A stretch of 63,574 bases of DNA, the filler included. It is 8 parts of 8 records of this genome, joined end to end, with 100 filler letters (N's around TTAATTAATTAA, not from the genome) between each part and the next. Parts side by side here need not be neighbours in the genome. Positions count along the whole stretch, not along the records: positions 1 to 5,533 come from SRR31147125_7923; positions 5,634 to 10,833 come from SRR31147125_7930; positions 10,934 to 16,535 come from SRR31147125_7932; 5 more parts are not named here. The stretch is one strand, 5' to 3'. Shown piece after piece: positions 1 to 12,422 of the stretch (position 1 is its first letter; each line of letters opens with the position of its first letter). The position numbers were made by a program, and so were the translations under genes. The notes under the pieces are model-generated. The model searched no databases, was not told where the DNA came from, and saw only the letters and a program-made list of their open reading frames with translations.

Positions 1-333
1 GATCTTGAGCAAAATGCTGAGTTTTCGGATGGAAACTAGTTGCTCATACAAAACGAAGGTATCATGTTCAAAGAGAAGGGTATTTCAGAATATGCATAGT
101 GTCTTTTGTTAGATGCTTTTGTTTTTCCACTGAGCATGCACAAAAGAGAACTGTTGACTTTATTGATCGCAATTCGATACTATTCCGAAAGATCTACACA
201 ACACCATATTTCTTTTCATTATAGCTTAATAACGCAGCCTTATTACATGGTACAAGGAAAGTGTTATTATACGAAATGTTGACCTTAACCTTTCGATATC
301 TGGATATGTAATATAACTCTGCAGGGTTCAACA

Positions 334-1981
334 ATGCACATTGCATCTATAAAATACTTCACCGGAAACGGAAAGATTGAATGCACAAATCACGCGATCA
401 CCATCAAGGGTGAAGGTTCAATTTCACAACACAAAGAGGAATCTTGTCGATGTCTGTTTGTAATAAAGACAGACGATTTCGAATATTTTCGAGCTTTCGG
501 CCACACCGTCATTGATCGCGGAACGAAACACCAAAAATACCGCTTTCCAGGTATATGCTTGGTCATACAAGAGTCCCGCTTCTCGACAGTGGATTTCGAT
601 CAACGGCCCAGGTTAGACGAAGTATCCATGCGTTGTTGCAAAAAGCTCATCAGCAGGAGGACAGCAATGTCTACCTGCTTGGGGTTACTAACGAAATATT
701 CGATATGCTCAGAAAAAAGCCGAGCGTCCCCGGTGAGTTGCAGATGAGCGAATTCGAGACTATTCATGACCATTCCACTTCCGAGGTGACTAACGGAAAT
801 CAAGCAGATCTGTTAAACAATCTGTTTCTCGGCATCTCGGACCAGGCAGATAAAATTCGATCTTTTATCACGTGTGCAGCAAAAAGCGACGATGAAGTTC
901 TCATTCTCGGTGAGACGGGAACCGGCAAGGAAGTAATCGCCAGAGCAATTCATCTGCTTCAGTTTGGAAATCTTGAAAACATGTACGTAATCAACTGTGC
1001 CGCCATTTCCGAGAGCCTGCTGGAATCCGAGTTGTTCGGGTATAAGAAGGGAGCGTTCACCGGAGCGGACAGGGATAAAATTGGGTTGTGGGAATTATCC
1101 CGGGGCGGGACCCTGTTTCTTGACGAAATCGGCGACTTGTCCCCCTCCCATCAGGCCAAAATTCTCAGGGCGCTTGCGGAAAAGAAAATCAGGCCGGTAG
1201 GAGGATCTCGTCAGGTACGTGTCAACGCTCGGATTATTGCCGCCACCAATGTTGATCTTGTCTCACGGGTCACATCAGGAGAATTCCGTGATGATCTGTA
1301 TTATCGGCTCAATACGTTCCCCATTTTCGTTCCACCGCTGAGAGACAGGAGGGAAGACATCTCCATTCTCGCGTCAACCTTCTGGAAAGATATCAAACCG
1401 GAATATGCACCGCCACTCAGTGACGACATCTACGGAGCATTGGAAAATCGCGCCTGGCCCGGCAACGTGAGGGTGCTCCATTCCTTCCTGCGGTGCCTGA
1501 GAACTCTGAATCATGATAGATTGTCGACAGGAAAAGCGATCACCGTCAAAGATCTTCATTTTGCTTTTGCCTACCACGGACAGCAAGGTTTTCTTCCGCA
1601 GGCCGGTATTTCGAGTGATGAGGTACTCCTCCATCCCGCCCATTGTCTGCGTCGATTGAAACGGATAAGTGACATCTTTTTTCCATACGATTTGCTATTA
1701 CCAGGTTACTGGATAATGGTGATATCAACGACATCCATCAAAATTCGATTCTCAATAACATCCAGGAGCTGCACATGCTCTGCAGAACAGAGGATGCAGT
1801 TTTATTCCATTCGGTTCCAACCTTCAACGAGGTGTACGGCTGCGCGATGAGCCTCAACAATATAAGCGAAGAGATGTTTAGCGCTCCCACCGATCATACA
1901 CCTTCATGGATAGAGATCTCAGAAAAGATCTCATGGAGTCTGCAGTTCGTTTTTGATGAAATAGAGCGCATAACATCGTAG
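334..1981 (+). CDS. Sigma54-dependent enhancer-binding protein (AAA+), apparently split over three ORFs (334-747, 555-1850, 1775-1981) by frameshifts; no REC domain or Fis-type HTH recognisable
   Basis: Walker [24 protein letters not shown], Walker [23 protein letters not shown]. After the T-run at ~1677-1682 another frame reads open into ORF 1775-1981. The 5' join with ORF 334 is less certain. Confidence 0.8.
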
Positions 1982-2186
1982 CCGAGAGCCCCTCTCTCCA
2001 ATCCCTCCTTCAATCCGGTTGAGAGCTGTTTCATTCAGTCTTCTGTTCTGTCTTTGTTCAAGCCAAAACACGGTATACCAAACTGCGCAGAGAGCTGTTG
2101 ACTTGTGTGGTATGTAATTTGCTCTTGCAAACTATAACAACCACACCACTCACCATTCTCTCTATCACCACAACGCAGGAATTGAC

Positions 2187-2558
2187 ATGAAATACTTCTG
2201 GAAAGCCATCGGCTTCATCTGTGCTGTCAGCGCCACGATATGTGTCTGCATCAGCGTAGCCTATTTATTTTATCCGACTCAATACGGGCGAGCGAGAGCA
2301 AACATTGATATCATGAGAAAACATTATGAAATCAGATACTTTGGGTTGACCTTCTGGGACGATCATTATCACTCGTTTTTCCAGGATTACGGCATCAGGT
2401 ATGTGCGGATAGCCGGATGCGTCGTTAACCTCCCCATCATTGAAAGCACCAAATCCTACAACGAGACAATGCGTGATGCGATCCTGCGGGATCTGGGGCT
2501 GGATGTGAACATTATTCTGAAGAGCGGTCCACTCAATCTGTCCGATCGGGAGGAGTAA
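2187..2558 (+). CDS. Small membrane-anchored hypothetical protein (FEKKY-like pattern)
   Basis: N-terminal hydrophobic helix, YGI..AGCVV..YN pattern, AGGA upstream of ATG. Confidence 0.55.
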   Translation: MKYFWKAIGFICAVSATICVCISVAYLFYPTQYGRARANIDIMRKHYEIRYFGLTFWDDHYHSFFQDYGIRYVRIAGCVVNLPIIESTKSYNETMRDAILRDLGLDVNIILKSGPLNLSDREE

Positions 2559-2661
2559 GTCAACCAGCTTCCGTCATCCGCCTTAAAGTCAACACCCCCT
2601 TCCTGAAGATTAAGCAATTATAGTACTGAAATAACTCTAAATATATTCACCCTCACCTGCC

Positions 2662-2677
2662 TGGTACGATCTTTGCG
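2662..2677 (+). promoter_or_regulatory. Sigma54 -24/-12 promoter
   Basis: TGGTACG-ATCT-TTGC with GG and GC 12 bp apart, ~50 bp upstream of the ATPase start; an enhancer-binding protein is encoded just upstream. Confidence 0.75.
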
Positions 2678-2727
2678 ACTATCCACAAATAAGCAACACC
2701 ATTCAACATGAACATGGAGGACACGCA

Positions 2728-4640
2728 ATGACGAAGCTGCCAGCAGAAAACACCGGGCTCGCAGAGGAACTGCAGAAATTTGCTGAACGCGGGATACAGG
2801 TGGACCGGAACCGGCTCAAAAAGGATATGTGTGAGCAGTTTATCGATCCCCGCGAGTGGTACCGGGAATCCGTAGTCAACGCCTTCGATGCAGACGCCAC
2901 TGCATGCTGGATTTCAGGGAAAGAAAACGAGCAGACGATGACGATCACTCTTGCAGACAATGGTCACGGAATGGATAAGAAGGGTATCCTGGACTTCAAC
3001 ATGCTCTACCGCTCCGTTAAATCATCCACCTTCAACGCTGCCGTCGGCCAGTTCGGAGTTGGCAAGCTCAGTGTCGCCGCCATTAAAGGTCAGAAAAAAT
3101 TCGTGATGATTACCTCCACCGGGGAGGAAACCTGGCGGATGAAGGCAAACTGCCTGCTTGACGACGATGTGATCCTCCTGGAAAAACTCGACGTCCCCCT
3201 GCCCCAGGGAACCACAATCGAAATTACCTTCGACCGAGAAGAAATCAGCCTGGCGCGTGAGTTGGAGGAGGCTGAAAAGATACTCCGAACCTATCTGAAG
3301 TATAAGGACATCGCGATATGCATCACCAACTCCGACTCGGGTTCCAGTCGCTGGCTTCATCCCCTTGGGTGGGATTCCCAGGTGATACACACTCAGGCTG
3401 ATCCTTATTCGCGCAGGTATCTGCTGGACTTCGACTCGATACAATTCGATGTTGTACTGTCGATCGGTACAACGAGTCACGAAGTATACAAGCAGCGCGT
3501 TCTGATCACCAACCGCTACAATCTGCTCTTTTTCGGACAGGAAAAAGCAATGGAGATCCCCTTTCTCTCGATACGGGTTGACAGTGACGATTTCGAAGTC
3601 CCTATCGGAAGACATTGCTTGAGTAATGAATCTGAGCTGACCCCCTTGTCAAACAAGATCTGGGCTGACCTGCTGCCCCAGTTTATAACCGAAACAATAA
3701 GGACTTATCAAAGAGGGTTTCCGCGAAGTGACTGTCACCTCTACAGCAAGGTGGAAGAAATGCTGTGCGCCTTGATGCTCTGCAAGGGGGCGCCGGAGAA
3801 CCCATGGAACCGTTTCCCGCTGTTCATTGTCAAAAACGGAGAGCGGCAATCACTGATCGAGCTGCAGGACCAATTGATCGAGAAAGGCAAGCTCTATCTT
3901 GAAGATGAAGTGACGATGGGCGCAGACTATTCGATATACGACGCGCCGGTCCTTGCCAAAAAACAGCCGAAGGGGGGCGATGAATTAATCGAAACATTGT
4001 TCGATGAATACGTTATCAGGCTGGGATCTCACAACATCATCTTTGAGCAACCGGGCAGCAGACACTGCACCCTCAATCCGCTCGAAGAGAAATTTCAGCA
4101 CTATCTCGGTTTTCATCCGTTTATAACCGAAATGAATTTTCTCAAACAGCAGGGAGAAAACAGCAGCGGCATCTTCGGGTTCAACGGGGAGTCACAGGAG
4201 GAACTGGAGCGACTGGCCGGGGTTTTCAAGGAATCCAGGGAAGCCATTAAAAGTCTGGAAGAGATCAACTGGCGCGCCAACTATCTGGTGCACCAGGACG
4301 GTAGGACCCCGTGCACCTCACAGTTGTTCCTCTACAGCAATAAAACCGTCGTTCTCAATCTTCATCACGACGAAGTCAAAAAATTCGTTGCCCTTACCAG
4401 GACGTCTCCAGCCCTCGCTGGACATTGGGCGCTGGCCATGTGCCTGACGAGCGGGGAAAAGATACTACCCGAGCTATCGGCGCAGGTACGCGAGGATCTC
4501 GTCCTGATGGATGCCATCGCAAAATGCGGAACAAAAAAATTCCGGAGCTGTTGCAAAAAGAAGCGGAGGCGGATCACACAAACCGGGCGATTCAGGATTT
4601 CATACGCAAATCAAGAGGTGACTCGGCCTGGATGGATTAA
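2728..4640 (+). CDS. HSP90/GHKL-family ATPase 1; true C-terminus probably in ORF 4425-4640 after a frameshift at the A-run near 4533
   Basis: RESVVNAFDA, DNGHGMD, GQFGVGKLS, GTTIEI Bergerat-fold motifs; LNLHHDEVK resembles the HtpG C-terminal LxINxxHP motif; GGAGG SD. Confidence 0.75.
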
Positions 4641-4657
4641 GAACAAGGGGAAAGACT

Positions 4658-5533
4658 ATGGAAGACAGCAAGAAAGCGGCGGTGGTGGAAGAAATCAGAC
4701 TGGAAACAGGCATTGACATAGACATCGGTGAGGCCTGGGCCAAACTCCGAAGCAGCCAGTTCGGCGGCAATCCCGGACGGGGATTCAGTGAACTGATACA
4801 AAACGCGATTGACAGCTACCCCAATCACCTGCCCTGGGAGGAAAAACGTGTCGACATAGAGACGGAAGGAAACGAAATTTCGATTACCGATTTCGGCGAG
4901 GGGCTGGACCGCACGCGATTACGGCTCCTCACCACGCTCGGTGGCACCGACAAGGATCTCGACCCCGACAAAATCGGTAAATTCGGAATCGGGTTCGTAT
5001 CGATCTTCAACCCAAAACTCGAAACGAAACGAGTACGGGTTCTGACGTGCTGCGAAGGGAAGTTCGCTGAACTCCGCTTCACGATCACCGATTCCGCTAG
5101 ACGACCGGTAATCGATACGAAGATGCACGACGCCCCTTTTTCCTTCAGCACGAGAATCATAGTGGAATTCTGCAACGCTGAGGCACCTGAGCACTGCGTC
5201 AGTGACGCCAAAAAAAGACTTGAATACTATCCCTGCAACATCACCATCGACGGGGAGCCGTTTCCTTCCATCTGGCAGCGGGCACGCAGCAAACAAGCAC
5301 TCTTCTTCTCCGAAGGAAGCTGCTATGGATTTCTCGATCAAACTGACTGGAACAAGTGGACAACGATTCTCTGCAAATACGAATACCTGTTACGAATCCC
5401 GCTCCCCTATCTTCTCACCGGCGGACCGCATACACATAACGATTTGCGAGACTATCACGGCTGGGAAGTTCCGTATCTGCCCCAATTTACCATATCAATC
5501 AATTGCAACGACCTTGCGGTGACGATCAGCAGG
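4658..5533 (+). CDS. HSP90/GHKL-family ATPase 2, truncated by contig end
   Basis: ELIQNAIDS, DFGEGLD, GKFGIGFVS motifs. Confidence 0.75.
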
Positions 5534-5633
5534 NNNNNNNNNNNNNNNNNNNNNNNNNNNNNNNNNNNNNNNNNNNNTTAATTAATTAANNNNNNNNNNN
5601 NNNNNNNNNNNNNNNNNNNNNNNNNNNNNNNNN
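5534..5633. other. Artificial contig spacer; same structure at 10834-10933, 16536-16635, 31074-31173, 36268-36367, 44984-45083, 52350-52449
   Basis: N-run, TTAATTAATTAA (stops in all six frames), N-run; 100 bp each time. Confidence 0.98.
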
Positions 5634-6532
5634 CCTGTCATTATTTGAACAGGTGTTTTTTTACTTGTTGTAGTGCCATCACCTAGTTGACCGTAGTAAT
5701 TATAGCCTGTTGCCCACAGTGTACCATCTGCCTTTAATATCATTGTATAATATTCACCTGAGGATACGCTTGATACTCCTGTCATTATTTGAATAGGTGT
5801 TTTTTTATTGGCTCTAGTTCCATCACCCAGTTGACCATTGTCATTAGAACCTGTTGCCCATAAGCTTCCATCTGCCCTCAATATCATTGTATGGTATCCA
5901 CCTGAGGATACGCTCTTTATTTTAGCCACTACTGTTATGTCAAAAGTTGTTGTTTTGTCTTGATAAGTAGCTGTTACTGTTTTTGTTCCATATGAACTAC
6001 TATCAAATCCTGTAAATGTTATATTAGTGTTACTAATTACAGTTGTTGAATTATCACTATAGGTAGCTGTTATGACTAAACCAGTAGTGTCTAAACTGTC
6101 TCCTATATAGTAACTACTTTTACTTATAGCAGTCGTTATTGTTATACTTGATAAGGACGCTGCCACAACAGTTACGTCAAAAGTAGTAGTTTTCCCTTGA
6201 TAAGTGACAATAATTGTTTTTGTTCCAGCACTACTTGTATCAAATCCAAAAATAGTTAAACTACCATTATCAACAACTGCTGTACTACCATTATCGTAAC
6301 TAGCTGTCACAACTAGTCCGCTCAAGTCTAAATTACTATCACCAATATTATATGATGTAATTGTTGGAGCAGTTGTTACTGCTATACTCGACAATATAGC
6401 ACCAGCAGGGGTTGTGTTATCATCACCTTTGTGATCCCCCATACATCCTGCTAATAAAATCATAGTTAGTAAAGAAATCGTTAATAAAAATATTCTATTA
6501 ATAAAATTGTTCTTTCTCAAAATTTCACCCAT
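5634..6532 (-). CDS. Lipoprotein with two bacterial Ig-like repeats and RCC1-like repeats, 3'-truncated
   Basis: Lipobox LAGC; two ..LDxxGLVVTAxY..GFDxSSxGTKT..TYQxKTTTFD repeats; RCC1-type GxLWATGxNxxGQLGDGT repeats. Confidence 0.85.
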
Positions 6533-6604
6533 ATTTCCTCCATTAAATGTTAACTACATTAGCATTCAAAACTCTTATATATGCAATATCAAATATACTA
6601 GCAA

Positions 6605-7222
6605 TTAAAACTCTACCACTAAAGCCACGTTTCCCGCAACACCTGAGAAATCTAGATCTAAGTTGTCAAACTCAACTTTACTCTCTCTATAGCCTACTCG
6701 TGCCTGCAAACCTAATGTCTCGCTAAATTTAGCTTTATACTGGACACCAGCTTTGTAACCAAATGCTGAATCAGTATCCTCATCTACCAGGTATGAATCA
6801 TCATAATATATCCCTGAGTTGTAAATACCAAGCGCTGTATAAACTGATACGCTCGCTGAAGAGGCTAAACCATAGTTTGATTCCCCTGACAATAGCTCGT
6901 ATTCCATTAGTAGAAGGGTCCCCATTGTTCCTGCCTGATAGTCCAGGTCAGACCACTCTGCCTCAATTGCTTCAAAATCAAGACCTATTTTGAATTTTTC
7001 TGTAATATTTGTCCTGATTCCTCCGTGATATGACATTGCATTATCTACATCTTCTGTACTCAAATCATTGATTTCATCCAAGCTAGTCTGATTATATCCA
7101 AGTCCAAAGTATATATCCATATTTTCTCCAAATGCAAATGTGTTAACACTAAAAACCACTATTAGGGCTAACATTAAAAATATGTTTATTTGTTTTGTTT
7201 TATTCTCTCTTATTTTTTTCAT
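6605..7222 (-). CDS. Outer-membrane beta-barrel protein
   Basis: Signal peptide, alternating beta-strand pattern, C-terminal Phe. Confidence 0.7.
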   Translation of the reverse strand: MKKIRENKTKQINIFLMLALIVVFSVNTFAFGENMDIYFGLGYNQTSLDEINDLSTEDVDNAMSYHGGIRTNITEKFKIGLDFEAIEAEWSDLDYQAGTMGTLLLMEYELLSGESNYGLASSASVSVYTALGIYNSGIYYDDSYLVDEDTDSAFGYKAGVQYKAKFSETLGLQARVGYRESKVEFDNLDLDFSGVAGNVALVVEF

Positions 7223-7361
7223 TATTATTTCCTTTCTTAAAAATATAAATGTGACAATAGTTCCTGCATCTAAAAATAACTACTTGGCCAGTGCAGTTAC
7301 ATTTTATTTTTAAGAGTCGACTCATTTAAAACTTACTTTTTTATTTCTTTGATCTAGATAT

Positions 7362-8661
7362 TTAATCTATATATTTAAAAACTAAAAATAATTTAAAACC
7401 TTCAGCTGTATTCTCTGCATAGATGTTTCCTTCCATATTTTGCATTATCTTTTTGCAGATACTAAGTCCCAAACCATAACCAGTTTTATCTTTAATATTT
7501 GAACCCCTATAATATTCAGAAAAAATATATTTTAATTCATTTTGAGGTACTTTAGAACCACTATTTGCTATTGATATAATTTGATAATAATCCTCCATAT
7601 AGTAATCTATAGTCAGGCTATTTAAATCTCCGTATTTTAGAGCGTTTTCAATTATATTTTCAAATACTTGAGTTATCAGTTCCAAATTTGAGTAAATTAA
7701 CCAATCATTCTCTAAAATTTTCTTAGAGTAGTTCATTTTGAAAAGTTCTATCTTTTGCTCAATAATTTTATTTAAAAGTCCGTAAATTTTAGAAAAGTAT
7801 ATCTCCTCGTTTTGAGATTTTTCATCATACATGGTCACCTCAGAGATGTTTGGATTTAACAATTTTTTACTTAATTTCTCTATCTCTTGACTCTTCTCTA
7901 AAATTACTTCATAAGCTTTATCTCTATCTTCCTTGCTCTCATATATCTCATCTTTTAATAAAATTGCATAATTTTTTATTGAAGCAAGTGGTGTTTTTAT
8001 ATCGTGGGATAAACTTGCAGTTAAAGTATTTTTCTCTTTTTCCAACTGAATTCTTCTCTTTTTTCTCTTTAGTTATCTCCTTTTGCAGTAAATCTAACCC
8101 CCAGAAGAATTTATTGAATAATATATCGCTTTTTTCTATTTTTATATCCTCAAAATATGCTCTTACTATCCGCTCAGGAACACCTTCTAACTTTTTAATA
8201 GGCTCTAAATAATATTTATTCAAATATATCAGGAATAGCGATGCAATTAAAAAGGGAAATAACAGTAATAACGTTAAAACTATTTTGTTAACTGACATGT
8301 TAGTTTTATTATTAATATAATATTTTACAATTAAATTTGAATTCCCAACAGGTAAAAAAACTATTTTGAACTTTGAGTAATCTCTAATACTAAAAAGCTT
8401 TATTTTATCTTGCTCTGAAATATTGTTGTAGTTTACAAAATCAATTTTTTCAATTATTCCCAACTCGTTTTTATTTAAACTTGATACAATTTCATCGTTT
8501 AATTTAACATTCTCTGAAAACCTATTGTGGATTCTATTAATGGTAATTTTATAGGATTTACTCTTTAATTCTTTGCTATTTACCACTCTGTATAAAATCA
8601 ATGAATATATCATACACAAAACAATCGATATTATTCCTAATTTTTTAATCTCACTACTCAT
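7362..8661 (-). CDS. Sensor histidine kinase, split by one extra A near 8060
   Basis: Two TM helices in 7948-8661; SHDIKTPL H-box, ENALKY and GYGLGLSI in 7362-8045; removing one A gives the continuous EKKRRIQLEKEKN. Confidence 0.9.
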
Positions 8662-9328
8662 ATTTATATCCTATCCCCCACACCGTTTTTATCTTTTCCG
8701 GCTTCTTGGGATTTTTCTCAATTTTCTCACGAAGTTTATTTATATGAACTGTCAGAGTAGAGTAATCACTCTCACTATCTATTCCCCATACAGAGTTAAA
8801 TAATCTTTCTTTATACATTGGCACGCCTTTATTTTGTAAGAGCAATTTTAAGAGTTCAAACTCCTTCAATGTTAATACAAGTTTTTCGGAATCTAACATA
8901 ACTTCCTGTTTAACTATATCGATTATTAGGTTCCCATCAATAATTTTTTCAGAGTTTAATTTAAAATCATATGACCTTCTAAACTGTGCTTTCACTCTAG
9001 CAAGTAGTTCTTTCACTGAGTAAGGTTTCTCAATATAATCATCTGCTCCCAACTCCAGGCCCAAAATTTTGTCATTCTCCTCAGTTTTAGCACTAATTAT
9101 TATTATTGGAATATTAGATTTTTTCCTAACATTTTCGCATATTGTTAAACCATCTACTCCTGGTAACATTATGTCCAGTATCAGTAGTTTCACGGGATTT
9201 AACATTAAATAATCTAAGGCAGCTTTCCCGTTACTAATAAGTTTCACAGAATAGCCATTCTTACTAAAGTAATCTTGAGTTACTCGCGCTAACTCTTTAT
9301 CATCTTCAACTAACAATATTTGCTTCAT
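8654..9328 (-). CDS. OmpR-family response regulator
   Basis: LLVEDD, LDIMLPG, GADDYIEKP, TVWGIGYK. Confidence 0.95.
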   Translation of the reverse strand: MKQILLVEDDKELARVTQDYFSKNGYSVKLISNGKAALDYLMLNPVKLLILDIMLPGVDGLTICENVRKKSNIPIIIISAKTEENDKILGLELGADDYIEKPYSVKELLARVKAQFRRSYDFKLNSEKIIDGNLIIDIVKQEVMLDSEKLVLTLKEFELLKLLLQNKGVPMYKERLFNSVWGIDSESDYSTLTVHINKLREKIEKNPKKPEKIKTVWGIGYKYE

Positions 9329-9340
9329 TTCCCACCATCC

Positions 9341-10105
9341 TTAAAAATTCAGATTGTTTAACCAGTTAGAAAGTCTCATCTCTCTATCTTTTATTTTCGT
9401 GGTGTCTTTATCAAATTTCCCAAGTTTAATTTCATCTACTATACTTCCGTCAAGCATATATAGGACTCTTTCACTCCTTACAGCTATTTTGGGGTCATGT
9501 GTAACCATCATTATACTTGTGCCATCACTATTTATGGAGTTGAATATATCCATTACATCCTTTGCTGAGTTATGATTTAGTGCCCCTGTTGGTTCATCAG
9601 CAAAGATAAGCTCAGGCTTATTAATTAATGCTCGACAGATAGCTGCTCTTTGAAGTTGCCCTCCTGATACTTGGGATATATCGTAACTGCATAGTTCAAT
9701 TATATCCATTTTTTTCATCAATTTAATTGCATATTTATTAATCTTTGGTCGCTTAAGCTTTTTTAAAGTATAGGCAGGCATAATTATATTGTCCATTATA
9801 CCTAGATTCTTTAAGAAATTCATCTGCTGAAACACAAAGCCCATTCTTTCTAAACGAATTTTACCTAGTTCTTTCTCATTTAATTTTTCAAGCTTAACTC
9901 CCGAAAAATCAACATTACCAGCTGTCATTTTATCCATTCCACTTACGTTATAGAGTAGCGTACTCTTACCAGAACCAGAAGGCCCCATTACAGATATGAA
10001 CTCCCCGTTAACTATCTCAAACGAAATATTTCTCAATATATGATTCTGCTTTTTATCAACAGTAAATGATTTACATAATTTTTCAACTTTTAATATATTT
10101 TCCAT
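9341..10105 (-). CDS. ABC transporter ATP-binding protein (LolD/MacB-like)
   Basis: GPSGSGKST, SGGQLQR, ADEPTGAL, VTHD. Confidence 0.95.
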   Translation of the reverse strand: MENILKVEKLCKSFTVDKKQNHILRNISFEIVNGEFISVMGPSGSGKSTLLYNVSGMDKMTAGNVDFSGVKLEKLNEKELGKIRLERMGFVFQQMNFLKNLGIMDNIIMPAYTLKKLKRPKINKYAIKLMKKMDIIELCSYDISQVSGGQLQRAAICRALINKPELIFADEPTGALNHNSAKDVMDIFNSINSDGTSIMMVTHDPKIAVRSERVLYMLDGSIVDEIKLGKFDKDTTKIKDREMRLSNWLNNLNF

Positions 10106-10151
10106 AGCCCCTCCCTGTATGTTTTTTTAAGTCTAAATATTGCCTAAAAAT

Positions 10152-10833
10152 TTATTCTCGATTAATTTTTCTAAATCCAAGTTTTTCGATATTCCTTAAG
10201 TTAATAAATGTTATCAGGGTAACTAAAGTCATTAACAAGAAAGGAGTGATAAAAAATGTATAAAAGCCATCACGCTCAAGATTAATTTTTGGTGCGCCAA
10301 AGATTGATAACAATAAGCTAAAAATATCCTCGCCCAATATATTTGTAATTATCAAACCAAACAGAATCGCTAAATAAAATATAGTTAATATTTTAAACTG
10401 ATACTCTACTTTAATATCTCTACTAGATATTCCTATACTCTTTTTAATAACTATCTCTTCACTATCTTTAGCTATTGTTACTTTTAGAAATAGCGAAGTT
10501 ATTAGAAGCACAATAGCTATAACTAAAATAGCACTTATTTTTGTGAGAAAATCCAGTTGTTGAATCGTATATGCAAATGTTTCTTTGAAATACTCCTGAG
10601 TTTTATAAACTTTTAAATTATCAAATTCGCTCTCGTATTTGTTTTTTAGCTCATCTAATTTATCTATATTAGAATTTACATTTATTGTATACCAGGAAAT
10701 AGTTTCTGGATTTGCCCTAATATCTGCCTTGGCAGTTTTTCCGCCGTTAGTTATATCCTGATATATTCCACTAACTAAAAAACTCTGCACTGAATCCTCT
10801 ATTACAACATCCAAATTATCGCCAACACTTTTT
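10152..10833 (-). CDS. ABC transporter permease (FtsX-like), 5'-truncated
   Basis: C-terminal TM helices with the EIVIKKSIG motif, adjacent to the ATPase. Confidence 0.8.
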
Positions 10834-10933
10834 NNNNNNNNNNNNNNNNNNNNNNNNNNNNNNNNNNNNNNNNNNNNTTAATTAATTAANNNNNNNNNNN
10901 NNNNNNNNNNNNNNNNNNNNNNNNNNNNNNNNN

Positions 10934-12116
10934 CATCATCACCTTTATCAACAAGCTGGACCGTGAGGGGATGGACCCACTCTCTCTTTTCGAGGATATC
11001 GAAGAGAAACTTCAGATCGAATGCACCCCCATCACTTGGCCCATCGGCATGGGTAAGCTGTTCCGAGGCGTCTATCATCTGCACAATCAATCTTTGGGAC
11101 TGCTTTCCCCCGGCTACACTCCGACCGACGGTGACGGTATCGAAATCAACGACCTGGATGATCCTGCTTTGGACGAGGCGTTGGAGAGTCAGGCCGCAGA
11201 ACTTAGGGATGATATTGAACTGATTCAAGGTGCGTCCGACCCCTTTGATATGGAACAATACCTGAAAGGCTCCCAGACACCCGTTTTTTTTGGAAGTGCC
11301 ATCAACAATTTCGGCGTCCGGGAAATGCTGGATTCCTTTGTTGAGATGGCCCCCTCTCCTGGTATCAGGCAAAGCGCCACTCGAGATGTGTCGCCGGAGG
11401 AAGCCGCCTTTTCCGGATTTACCTTTAAAATTCAAGCGAACATGGATCCGGCCCATCGAGACAGAATCGCCTTTTTCAGAATCTGCTCCGGTAAGTTCAA
11501 ACGAGGAATGAAGGTCCGTCACCACCGCATCAATAAAGATGTGATTCTCTCCAATGCCACCATCTTCATGGCCCAGGAGAGAAGCAACGTGGATGAAGCC
11601 TACCCAGGGGACATCATCGGGATTCATAACCACGGTACCATCAAAATCGGAGATACCTTTACCACTAAAGAGCCGTTGAAATTCCTGGGAATCCCAAGCT
11701 TTGCACCGGAACATTTCAGGCGCGTGCTTCTGAAAAACCCCATGAAGACCAAAGCCTTGCAAAAGGGGCTTCTTCAGTTGGCGGAAGAGGGAACGATCCA
11801 GCTGTTTCGTCCTAAATTCGGTAACGATTATATCCTTGGCGCGGTGGGGGTATTGCAGTTCGATGTCACCATGGCCCGGCTCGAGGCGGAGTATGGCGTG
11901 GATGCCGGACACGAACCGGTGGATCTGTCGGTTGCCAGGTGGGTGACCTGTGAGCGGCCGGAACGACTGAAAGAATTTATTCGGAAAAACGAATCCTCCA
12001 TTGCCATAGACTCCGAAGGATGGACCACCTTTCTCACCACCAGTGAATATCAACTGGGATTTGCCATGGAGGCGTGGCCGGATATCGAATTTCATAAAAC
12101 AAGGGAATACAATTAA
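10934..12116 (+). CDS. prfC: Peptide chain release factor 3, 5'-truncated
   Basis: [46 protein letters not shown]. Confidence 0.96.
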
Positions 12117-12422
12117 ATAAACTTCCATGATTGCCGAGCATCACGACGATGCATGAACGTCATTTTATTACAGGGCATTATGGAGACTTTCTAATAAACA
12201 CCCATGAGTGGATCACTCACAACGAAAGGTGAAAGCCCATTTCCATCTGTGTTTATCTGTGATTGTTTTCTAACAAACGGACATATCAGGCAACCTGATA
12301 CAACAAACCAATGAACGTCCGAAAACCTGTAAATAAGGGGGCTTTCACAAAATCTTAATTATAACAGCGAAGTTGCTGTAACCACATCAAAACATAACTA
12401 CACATTTCGAAGGGAGAAAACA

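Noticed and set aside
5578-5589. TTAATTAATTAA repeated seven times within N-runs
   Set aside because: Artificial six-frame-stop linker; no biological linkage between contigs should be inferred
5634-6400. Direct DNA repeats resembling an array
   Set aside because: Coding repeats of Ig-like and RCC1 domains; no CRISPR repeat-spacer pattern seen anywhere in the window
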